Assembly (NCBI GenBank): GCA_951406725.2
Contig: OX597829.1
Span: 56,420,001-56,484,000 of the forward strand
Source: Octopus vulgaris
Lineage: Eukaryota
Length of the DNA stretch: 64,000 nucleotides
Direction: 5' to 3'
Positions 53,610 to 64,000 of this stretch are shown here, one piece after another (within the stretch, counting starts at the first letter, position 1; every line of letters begins with the position of its first letter). The translations under genes were made by a program, and so were the position numbers. The notes under the pieces were generated by a model, which saw only the letters and a program-made list of their open reading frames with translations, did not search any database and was not told the DNA's origin.

Positions 53610-54862
53610 GTAAGTATTAGATTTCTAGTTTTATTTTATCATTATTTTGATATTATCCACTAAACACCCTTTCAGTAATATATAATATTCTTGTCTGCTA
53701 TGGTACACCATGCATCTATTTGAGAGGACCTCTCAAGGCTAATAGTGCAGTATTCAATGTCCTAACAAGACATCCATATTTAGTTGGATACAAAGATTAC
53801 CTTTTGGTTCTAATACTGCTTCCGTTGCTAATAATTATAATGCTTTTATTTAATATTTAGTCCAAAAAGGAGGGATGGCATCTATTTTTCTTTTAAGCCT
53901 TCCCAGATAGAGGTTGATATTGGTGATGTTTAGTTTGAATTCCTGAAGTCTGAAAATATGATGGGGAAATATCAGGAATAGAATTTTATTCTAGGGAATA
54001 AAAATTGAACATGATTTTTTTCAGTTCAGAATCTAGAAAGAGAGATGAAGTAAGTGCGAATTCAGTTGAAGTAGATGAAGATAATAAACCATCGGAGAGT
54101 TAAGGGGAAGCGAGACCTGTGTATTTAGGATAGAAGAGACTTTGAGAAAGCAGCAGAATATGTAGACCAGAATGCATTACAAATGTGTTAACATTACTCA
54201 AATACACAGCCATTTATCTGTATTCCTCACTGAGGTTTGAACTGCTCAGAGCTGAAGTAAAATTTTGTCCAGGGAATGTCACCCAGGCTTTGCAATACAA
54301 TCTTATCTATTTAAGTAATGTGTTGTTGCTATTAAACTCATAAGGGTTTTTATTGCTTAGAACAAATGGACAGTTGATGGAACTGGTTGTTTGTAGTTGA
54401 AGAGTTAGGAGGGTGTAATGTGTGATTCTTTGATGTGGTTAGTGCCTTGGTTCTAATAATGTACATATTGCAAGTTGTTCACCAAGCTGACTTATGATCA
54501 TAGGCCTTCCAACCATGACTCTTTGTCCATGAAATGCTTACTACATTTTATTTTCCTTTTGTAAGGCACTAAGGATATGATTTTAAGTGATATTATGCTG
54601 CTCTTTTTCTGTTTGGTTAAGTGAAAGTTCAGAGGTTTGTCTACCACAAACTTATTGATGTTATCACAGTTCAACTTTAATCAAATGAACTTTTTGGTAA
54701 AAGGCAATTTGGCATCGACCATCCAGGGTTTTTTTTTTTAAATCATGAACTACATTCATTAATATTTCCTTCTCTTTTTAAGATGGCAGAGTGATCTGAG
54801 AGCAATTTGGTTGCTATTTCTACCAGTTCAAGTGACCTAATTGAAGTTCTCTTTTTATTTCA

Positions 54863-55095
54863 TTAACTCTTTAGCATTTAATCCACCCATGTCTAGCCAC
54901 CCAAATATTCTATCTGTTTTAAGTTCAAGCTGGCTAGATCCAGCTTCTCACCTATAACCCTATAACTTATTCTAGAAATAAGCAAACATCATCAACATCA
55001 AAATCTTGAATCTAAGAAATAATGCCAGATTAATTCAAGGGAATGTGAATAAATAAGCATTATATCTGACAGTAATCTGAATGCTAAAGGGTCAA
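54863..55095 (-). mobile_element. Second piggyBac-like MITE family (also about 46855-47070 and 41690-41865)
   Basis: ttaa|CTCTTTAGCATT ... AATGCTAAAGGG|tcaa. Confidence 0.55.
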
Positions 55096-56769
55096 CACAA
55101 GCTGTTGTTGCTGATAAAATAAAAGAGTATGGTTTGAGGGATATTTAGCTGGTATTTCTACTAGATTAAGCAACCAAATAGAATTGTCTTTGCTTGGCAA
55201 GAAGTATTGAGGTTGTGTATGGATTGACTGAGTGAAAGTCATGCAGGGCTGTGTCTGTATTGGAGAGTACAGCTATAGATGCCAGTAAATAGGTTGTTAC
55301 TGTAGAGAAGACAGATAATTACAATGATACATGCTCTGTTGTAGAGAGGTCTGACAAGGAAGTTTCTAGTCATATGATTGAATTCAGTTGGATTGCTCGG
55401 ACAGGTAACTTTTTAGAGCATTTCAGAACAAGTGGTCAAAGACTTGCTTGACAAATTAGCTTTCAATGAAGTTATTTGCATAGAAGAACCATTGGAAAGT
55501 TAATTTATATGTGCATGCATGGAGAGAGAGCGGGGGGGGGGCAGTGTTTGTAGCTTTTTCAGGTTTTATAAGACTGGAAGATAGAGACAGTTGGGTAAAA
55601 GCTAATGCAGCTAGGTCTCGGTTTAGTCTTTTTTTTTAGGCCTGGAATTAAGAAGCAATTGTAGGCAGGAGCACTTTCTAGAAATGTGTAGTTCTGTGAA
55701 GGAAGAATAAGGGGTAGTGACTAACTGTGTTGGGATTGTGAGTTAAGAATTAATAGTAGTTCTGAAAGAGACAGCTGAGATGTCTGTAAGAAATGGCATG
55801 CAGTCAACAACTTTAGAATAAAAACATCAATCTAGTAGCAGTTCAGAAAAAAAAAAGAATCTTCATTTTGGTAATTGACAAATGATTAAAGAGCATCAGT
55901 GAGTGGAAGAATAGATTATATAAACTGAAAGGATTAAAAGTAACAGTTTTTCTTCTACCATTTTCAAGAGCAAAAACATTTATGTGCAATTTAGAGTAGA
56001 AGTTTTCCAGTTGATTTGGCTGTACAGAAACTATTCTGGTGTTCAGTGAAAAAATAAGATATTCAAGTAAAAGAAGTGTATTGTTTATGACTGTTGTCTT
56101 TGTCTTAGAGTTGTTTTGGCCAGCAACTGACAAAGTCAAAATTAATTATTTTAGATATAGACTGTATTTGTTCCAGGATGAAATTTGAAGTTTTTAACCT
56201 GATTAACAATGAAATAATGGTTAATAATAGGGTATTCAAGTGTGCCTCTGCATAGTTACTCAACATAGCAGTAACAGAAAAATTACATCCTGCTGCCTGG
56301 GGGAAAAAAATTGATCCGATTGTCTAAGATGGTTCTTGGTAGACTGTGACTAAAAAAACAAAACAAAAATAGCATAGTCACAATTAGAATATGTGTATAT
56401 TTCTATTTGTCACAGTAAATATCCACTGTAAGTGAAAAGAAAGAATTTATTGGAATTAATGTCCTACTTAGGATGAGAATGAATGAATGATTATGAACCA
56501 GCCTCTTTTAGAATAATTCCCATACTCAGAAATTTCAGCTTTTGGTATTCTGCATTTGGGAAGTGATGGAGGTGGGGGAAGTCTTCTAGGAAAGGGAAAA
56601 AACCAAAGTTATCTGGATTCAGAAAGGAATCTGCTAAATGAATTGAAATTCTTATTACAACAAGGCATAAAACCAGTCTGTTATTGAAGATAACAATGAA
56701 TCTGTAGATCATATGATCAAAATAATCATAGCTTCTTTGCTTAACACAGATTGGTTATGGTTCAGAGTG

Positions 56770-56804
<35 letters not shown>

Positions 56805-57223
56805 AGATGGTTTGTCTTTGCTGAAGCTACAGAAAAACATCTCAGCAAAGAATTAGATAGGAGGTTTATGGTGTGTATGTGTGTAAATAAAGATTTGAGA
56901 AGGAACCTGATGTTACCAACCAGTATCCATGTGTGAGAGGCCAAGCACGTGTATAACTGCTACTTGGGCTGGGTGCAAAGGAAATCTATCCAGCTGGCAT
57001 CAAGCCAAGTTTTCAAAAGATGAACAGAAAATAAAAATCAGAGAACAGAGTAGAGATAGAGTTCAAGAGTGAGAAGAGAATTGTAGAGGTTGGAATATTG
57101 AATAATTGTTAGACAAAAAGAAAATAATGATTTGTTTGTTTTTTTTTTTGTTTTTTGTTTTTTTTTATTGACAATAGAAATTAATAACAAGTAATAAAAA
57201 TCTAAAATATTTTCTTGTTCCAG

Positions 57224-57268
57224 GAGTTACTTGAATTTTCTTACTGGTGAATTAGTCAACCCAAATAG
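57224..57268 (+). CDS. SLC7 transporter coding exon 4 (45 nt; (W)SYLNFLTGELVNPN(R))
   Basis: ttgttccag acceptor, AG|GTATGA donor, phase 2-2 (TG+G = Trp). Matches the LNxxTEExxNP motif. The next exon was not found in the window. Confidence 0.93.
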
Positions 57269-57368
57269 GTATGAAGCTACGTTAAATTTCACTACATTTT
57301 CTTTTCATTTAGTTTAGAGGTTGCAGTTTCCTGGGCAGTGATTTTAGATCTGCTACGTATTAGATGCT

Positions 57369-57401
<33 letters not shown>

Positions 57402-57774
57402 TGTGTTTATCCCCTGTTGCTGCTTGACAACAATTTTCGCTTGTTTATGTCCCCATTACTAAGCAGTTCAAAAAAGAGCCTGACAGAATTAATAGCAGGC
57501 TTTAAAGAACAAAGTACTGGGGTAATTTCTTCAAATGAAACTTTCAAGGTGGTACCCCCGTATGAGTGCAGTCTAATACAGAAACAAGTAGACAATAAAA
57601 GATATATGTAGGTATGTAAGGTAGATGTGTGTATATATATATATACATATATATATATACATACACACACACTATATACACTATATATAATTAATATTAA
57701 TATTAGGGAAGTTATTTCCGAGTCCACAAGGGAGAGAAGTTCAATTTAGTGGTACTAAAATGAATTACTCTATT

Positions 57775-58075
57775 ATATATATATATAATATATATAGATA
57801 GGTTTAAGAGACAGAATCACCCTGAAGCAACTCAATCATCATTGAATGACATTATCCACGATAGGTACATATAGGACTAAATATCAAAATTATCAAAATT
57901 AATATATACAATTCTTATTTCAAATCATAAGAAATAAGAATTGTAGGTATTAATTTTGATAATTTTAATATTTAGTCCTATATGTACCTATCGTGGATAA
58001 TGTCATTCAATGATGATTGAGTTGCTTCAGGGTGATTCTGTCTCTTAAACTTATCTATATATATTATATATATAT
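57775..58075. repeat. Near-perfect palindrome, arms about 145 nt, 9-nt loop
   Basis: Centre ttcttatttc-aaatcataa-gaaataagaa, with only a few mismatches. Confidence 0.95.
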
Positions 58076-58201
58076 GTGTGTATATATATATATTATATAT
58101 GTATATATATTATATATGTATGTATATATATATACATTCAAAATGTGACCACGTGTGTACCGTTGGCGATTTTTTTTTCTCTGGATCTTTCCTTCTCCTA
58201 T

Positions 58202-58236
58202 GTTTCTGATGAAGAGCTCCGCTCGAAATGTTAAAC
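58202..58236 (+). ncRNA. Minimal hammerhead-like motif
   Basis: GUUU-CUGAUGA-A-GAGC(ucc)GCUC-GAAA-UG-UU-AAAC. Confidence 0.6.
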
Positions 58237-58334
58237 CCTCCTTCTTTCTTTCTTTCCTGAGCGTCCAATAATACTATATTTGTTCCACGTCCTCACGTTG
58301 TTGTGTTTTTTTGTGCTTTCTTGTTTGGATTAAC

Positions 58335-58369
<35 letters not shown>

Positions 58370-58479
58370 ACAGTATATATATATATATATATACAGTGCA
58401 TGTATATATATATATATACACAAATATACAAGGGGCAATGATGCTGGAAATTCAGTATACAGCACATGGAAAAATTATG

Positions 58480-58856
58480 AGTTAAAAATATGTGGAACAC
58501 AAATATAAAACTTAGAAGAGAAATACCTTCATTTCATATAGTTTAATACCTTTTTATAAATATATACATAATGTATGGATGTCGTGAAATCCAACCGGTT
58601 TTCGCTATTTAAATTAGCTTTTCAAGGGACGTTTTACAGTAATCAATTCTCATGACAAACATCCAAAATGATGAGACCTCTTTGTCATGAGAATTGATTA
58701 CTGTACAACGTCCCTTGAAAAGCTAATTTAAATAGCGAAAACCGGTTGGATTTCACGACATCCATATAATATGTATATATTTATAAAAAGGTATTAAACT
58801 ATATGAAATGAAGGTATTTCTCTTCTAAGTTTTATATTTGTGTTCCACATATTTTC

Positions 58857-58860
<4 letters not shown>
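58480..58860. repeat. Near-perfect palindrome, arms about 180 nt, 21-nt loop, with a hammerhead-like motif in the arm
   Basis: Arms 58480-58659 and 58681-58860. UUGAAAA-GCUA(auuuaaa)UAGC-GAAA-ACCGGUU at 58715-58747. Confidence 0.95.
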
Positions 58861-58896
<36 letters not shown>

Positions 58897-58984
58897 TGTG
58901 CGTATATATAACCATCATCCATCTTTCTTTTCCCCATTTCCAAGTTTATCTTAATAATTTTGATGCGCTCTCTCCAGTACTATT

Positions 58985-59033
<49 letters not shown>

Positions 59034-59445
59034 TCCCTCTCCACCTTCGTTTTCTCTCTCATCCTTTCTCTAATTCTCTTTTCTCCTGTTCACTGTCTCT
59101 ATCTGTCCCTCTCTTTCCTTCTTCCTCATTTACTCTCTTGTTGCTCATATGTGACCATCATCCATCTTTCTTTTCTTTCTGTCTGTGTCAAAGATCAGAT
59201 GCATTCTTGTCTGTCTTTTCTCCTGTCAAAGATTGTTCCTCCAGCATTCACCGCATTACCTCATATGGCCTAGCAGCTCTAACTGTTTGTTTTCACTGTC
59301 CTGTTTTAGTTATGTGGAGTAGATAAACAGCCAAAAACTAATGAAGGGTCATTTTTTTTATGTTACTTGTTTTGTTTTCCATTTGTTTCTCTCTTTGCTC
59401 GTAAAAAAATGTTTGTCTTCGTATTTCATGCTGTTTATGTTTTGT

Positions 59446-59486
<41 letters not shown>

Positions 59487-59537
59487 ATATATATACAGTG
59501 TATATATATACATACAGTGTATATATATATACACACA

Positions 59538-59599
<62 letters not shown>

Positions 59600-60029
59600 A
59601 TGACTGAGTGCAACACATCCATTTCCAAGTAAGTTCATATATATATATACATACATATATACTGTGTGTATATATATGCACTGTTTGTATATATATATAC
59701 TGTATATATATTTATTTTTCTATATATATATATATTTCATTTCATTTCATATATACGAATACATATATATATGTACCTTTTATCATAAGAGATACATATA
59801 TATACGTATACATATATATATGCATATTTTTATATGTATATGTATATGCATATATATATATGTGTGTGTGTGTACAACAATCTTGACTCCAAAGTACTGT
59901 TGCTGAATATCTCACATTGTGAGATTTAAAAATAGTAATTTTCTAATTTATAGATCAGTGACTAGTTGTCACTTTGAAAACTATATATTTTGAACAGGAG
60001 TTTGGCAGCACCACCTCTGGCTGAACAAT

Positions 60030-60215
60030 TATTCTGTGATGATGAAAGGAAATAACCCAGAAATCACTATACACAGATATTGTTTTGAGCTGAGTGGGGA
60101 CGCTAGATCCCCTTGTTGGAAAATATAAGGACACAGATCGTGTCGTATAGCCAGCTGGAGACGATGTCTCCTGGGGCTAAAGTACAGCAACATTCCTCCT
60201 AGGCCGGGACTGCCA
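60030..60215 (+). mobile_element. Second copy of the structured element at 35893-36093
   Basis: Shared ataagg(g/a)cacaga...gtgtc..agccagctggagacgat..tctcctggggctaaa..tacag(t/c)aaca. Confidence 0.7.
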
Positions 60216-60385
60216 TGTTATGTTGGCAAACAATATTTACTGTGTGTGTGTGTGTGTATGTATGTATATATATATATATATGTGTGTGTTGATATATATG
60301 TATATGCATATATATATACTATATATATGTATATATAAATGTATATATATATATATGTATGCATATATGTATATATACATATATA

Positions 60386-61832
60386 TGCTAGCAGCTAAGC
60401 CTGGTTTCACCCTATTGGTTTGGCTAATGTGGTTGTAAAACCTGCTCTGTGTGTAAGCGTTTGATTTGTTTGGGCACGCTTACATTAAAAAACAATTTTA
60501 GAATGACTTCTTTCTGTCAAAACACTAAAAATAACTGACCGACAAAAAAAAATCAAGATTCAACCAAATCAAAAAATAAACCCAAATACTAAGCGAACAA
60601 AGGTTCAAAACAACAGAAACAAACATAAAAAATAAAACCAAAATTTAAAAAAAATTTTAAAAATAGGTCCAAAATCTTTTTAAATTTTCAATGGTGAAGT
60701 TAGATTTTTCATGGGCTGGCTGGTCTATCCCAGATACATGGGGAACTGAATTAAATCTTTCATTAACACAGGGGATCCAAAATATATTTTTCAATGTCCA
60801 AGGGGAGCCTAGTCATGAAAAAGGTTGAGAAACGCTGATCTATAAGGATAGTTTTTATTTAGGCACATCATAAAAGTAAGTATAATTGCTAAATATAAAA
60901 AAAAGTATGTTTTTTTCAAGCAAATACAGTTAGAAAAAATATTTGCTATTTCAAGTCGTCACTAAAAACAAAGCTCATCAGTTTTTGAATGGAATAATAA
61001 TTTTATTCTTTTATTGTAAGTTGTAAATTTTGCCTGAGAAATAAAGCAAATATTCACCAAACATAAAAATCTGCAACTCAATAGCAAATATCTCCAAATT
61101 GATTAGAAATGCATAAGTTTAATAATACTGATGCTAAATAAAATTTGGTCGAGAAATACCAAAGAAATTACTTTATATCAACAAAAAACAGACACATACC
61201 TTTATAGAGAACAGATTGTACTCAAGTGAAACATACCAAATACACAGAGTTGAAACGCTGTTTGATTATTCTTTTCAGCATTGAATTTTGACCATCACAC
61301 TTCCATTGCACACGCACACACACACACATTCACATACCCCAACCATCCCACTTCCATTGCACTCGTGCACACACACTCACACATTCACATAGGCACCTCT
61401 TTTATATACACACATATTCACACAGTTGAAACGCTGTTTGATTTATTTTTTCAGCGTACAATTTTCATCATCCCACTACCAAATATGACATCACCCCTTC
61501 TTTTTTTATTTATGTATCACACCTTCCTTTCTCATTCATAAACACAAGAGTGTAATTATAATCTCGGTAACCATGGGAGCTATGAAGAAATATGACATCA
61601 CCGCTTCCTTCCTTATTCATCTATCACCCCTTTCTTTCTCATTCATAAACACAAGATTATGATTATAGAAGATTATCTTGGTAATCATGGAAGCTATGAA
61701 ACATACAAAGCCCTGCATCACCACCGGATCATTCTACATATATGTATGAATTTTCACGCAATTCCACGCAGACATTTGACCGTGAATCCGAAGACAAGAA
61801 AGAATTGGCCATGTCAAATTTAAATGTATAGA
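60386..61832 (+). mobile_element. Helentron/Helitron-like non-autonomous element with internal direct repeats and a nested hAT-like end
   Basis: 5' ctagcagctaagcctggtttcaccc; 3' aattttcacgcaattcc...atgtatagat; duplicated blocks at 61243/61421 and 61480/61590; aaaggttgagaaacgctg near 60830. Confidence 0.45.
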
Positions 61833-62049
61833 TATATATATGTATATTCTATATATGTTGTGTATATATTTATATACATATATACTGTATATATATATAT
61901 ATATATATGTATATGTGTGTGTGTGTGTGTGTATATTGATATATATCTATACACTGTATATACATGTATATATATATATACGTATGAAGGTATGTGTATA
62001 TACACATGTATATATATATGTGTGTGTATGTATATATATCTATGTATAT

Positions 62050-62200
62050 GTAGGAGTGGCTGTGTGGTAGGTAGCTTGCTTACCAATCACATGGTTCCGG
62101 GTTCATTCCGTCTGCGTACCACCTTGAGCAAGTGTCTTCTACTATAGCCTCAGGCTGATCAAAGCTTTGTGAGTGGATTTGGTAGGTGGAAACTGAAATG
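62050..62200 (+). mobile_element. SINE family A head
   Basis: gtaggagtggctgtgtggtag...ggatttggtaggtggaaactgaaa. Confidence 0.8.
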
Positions 62201-62204
62201 TATA

Positions 62205-62238
<34 letters not shown>

Positions 62239-62477
62239 GATGATAATATTAGGGAGTATAACTCCAAACATACAGGGAAAAATTCAATTTAGTATTAAAT
62301 CAAATTTCACAGTATAAAAATGTAAAATATAAATTAGAGATAAAACCACTATTATGCAATTCAAATAATGATAGACATAAACTAAAACATAAATAACAAA
62401 TAAAATATATTTTTATAAAACATATGACTAGATCACAAAAAGTATAAAAATGAATAATCAATATATAAGTAAAAAAC

Positions 62478-62568
62478 TACATACGTTTCATGGCTATAAT
62501 TAAATTCGAATTACAATTAAATTTAATTGAAATGAATTCAATTTAAAATTATAGTCAATCTTCAGGTT
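62478..62568 (-). ncRNA. Hammerhead-like motif with long AU-rich stem II
   Basis: CUGAAGA-U-UGACUAUAAUU...AAUUAUAGCCA-U-GAAA-CG-UA. Stem I is weak. Confidence 0.45.
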
Positions 62569-62801
62569 AACAATAATAGTTAAATAAATAAGCAAATAGA
62601 GCTAAACAATATTTATTTTTAAAATAAATAAAATGTTTTTTCTTATAGAAGAAGCACCATTAACTAAATTTGAAACTTGTATCTATATATATATATATAG
62701 ATAGATGTGTGTGTATGTATATATATGTATGTGTATATACATATATATATGGAAAAAAAGTCAAGATAGAAAATGCTAAAATACTTTTATAAAAAACATT
62801 T

Positions 62802-62835
62802 CAATACCAGTTTCAGTCAGAGACTTTTTCAACTG
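62802..62835 (-). ncRNA. Minimal hammerhead-like motif, U3-A8 variant
   Basis: CAG-UUGAAAA-AGUC(ucu)GACU-GAAA-CUGG-UA-UUG. Confidence 0.55.
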
Positions 62836-63114
62836 TAACAATTAAATAATTAAATTTTGAAAAATTAAAAGAAAAGTTTTTTTAAAAGAATATTTGTATA
62901 GTGTTCAAATACATGTGGCATTTTCCTTGTTTCTGTCTCTGTCTCTCTTGTTTACTCTTGTGGGTTTTGAATTCTTGGTAGGGAAGAAGAAGAAGAAGAA
63001 TTTGGGAGTGCCATGATAGTAGTATTTTGCATGGTCAGTGGATGGTAGCAGTTGCTGTTCAATTCATGAAAATATTTCGTTTGAATGTTTTGTTTATAGA
63101 ATTTGCGTTGGTGT

Positions 63115-63147
<33 letters not shown>

Positions 63148-63149
63148 CA

Positions 63150-63335
63150 CCATGATAGATCGTTAGCCACTACACACATTTTTTTCTCTCCTTGTTTTTT
63201 CTGTGTCTCTTTCTGTAGAAAAGCGTAGGCTCGAAACGTAAAAGACTTTTTCTATTCCCGAGCATTATACTAATACATCTGTTTGTTTTGTACATCACCT
63301 GCCTTCGTCTTTTAGTTTTTTTTCATAAACTTTCC

Positions 63336-63337
<2 letters not shown>
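63150..63337 (+). mobile_element. Short hammerhead-bearing element between (TA)n tracts
   Basis: tcttt-CTGTAGA-A-AAGC(gtag)GCTC-GAAA-CG-TA-AAAGA at 63208-63245, with the core mutated. Confidence 0.65.
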
Positions 63338-63372
<35 letters not shown>

Positions 63373-63384
63373 CATATATATACA

Positions 63385-63416
<32 letters not shown>

Positions 63417-63423
63417 CTAGATG

Positions 63424-63468
<45 letters not shown>

Positions 63469-63487
63469 GTATTTATATGTATATATA

Positions 63488-63815
63488 GTGAAGGCACATG
63501 GCTCAGTAGTTAGAGCATCAAGCTTACGATCGTGAGGTTGTGAGTTCGATTCCCAGACCAGGCTGTGTGTTGTTTTCTTGAGCAAGATACTTTATTTCAC
63601 ATTGCTCCAGTTAACTCAACTGTGGAAATGAGTTGCGGCATCACTGGTGTGAAGCCATATCAGCTTTAGCCTTTCCCTTGGAGTGGGGAGGCCAGTATAC
63701 ATGGGTGACTGCTGGCCTTCCATAAACAACCTTGCCCAGACTTGTGCCTCGGAGGGTAACTTTGTAGGTGCAATCTCATGGTCATTCATGACCGATAGGG
63801 GTCTCCTTTATGTCT
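63488..63815 (+). mobile_element. tRNA-headed SINE family B
   Basis: gtgaaggcacatggctcagtagttagagc...gagttcgattccc...ttgagcaagatactttatttcac. Confidence 0.85.
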
Positions 63816-64000
63816 GTGTATATATATATATATATACTGTGTGTCTATATATATGTATGTATGTATGTATGTATATACATATATATAAAACTTTGATAGG
63901 TTTTGGCCAGTATAGGCTCAGGTCATGTCTAACTCAATAGCGCCACTGATGAAGTCTTTTAGTTATATATAGGGCACCATAGCCCACTCTAACAAAGAGT

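Noticed and set aside
53700-56700. Possible very old LINE remnant on the minus strand
   Set aside because: Only faint motif-like fragments, with no diagnostic RT motif readable.
63488-63560. tRNA gene candidates (also 50765-50835 and 14733-14805)
   Set aside because: A and B boxes run directly into multi-copy SINE bodies with no oligo-T terminator, so these are SINE heads.
57269-64000. SLC7 exon 5 (expected NLPxAI...)
   Set aside because: No acceptor followed by a matching frame was seen. It probably lies beyond the window.

Overview
AT-rich, microsatellite-dense animal DNA. The SINE/LINE repertoire suggests an octopus or other coleoid cephalopod (inference). One host gene is visible: the first four coding exons (15641-16067, 52294-52419, 53510-53609, 57224-57268, + strand) of an SLC7 L-type amino acid transporter light chain. 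It has a 36 kb first intron, and its remaining exons were not found in the window. The rest is mostly mobile DNA: RTE and CR1 LINE remnants, a Gypsy integrase fragment, several Penelope-like element (PLE) remnants, tRNA-headed SINEs and MITEs (one Merlin-like, with a perfect 8-bp TSD). The most notable signals are (i) about ten minimal type-I hammerhead-ribozyme-like motifs in (TA)n-embedded elements, with the core 3-8 pair seen as C-G, U-A and G-C; (ii) long near-perfect intronic palindromes; (iii) a paired inverted ATF4/AARE motif just inside SLC7 intron 1. Repeat boundaries were read by eye and are approximate, and family assignments rest on motif recognition, not database searches.
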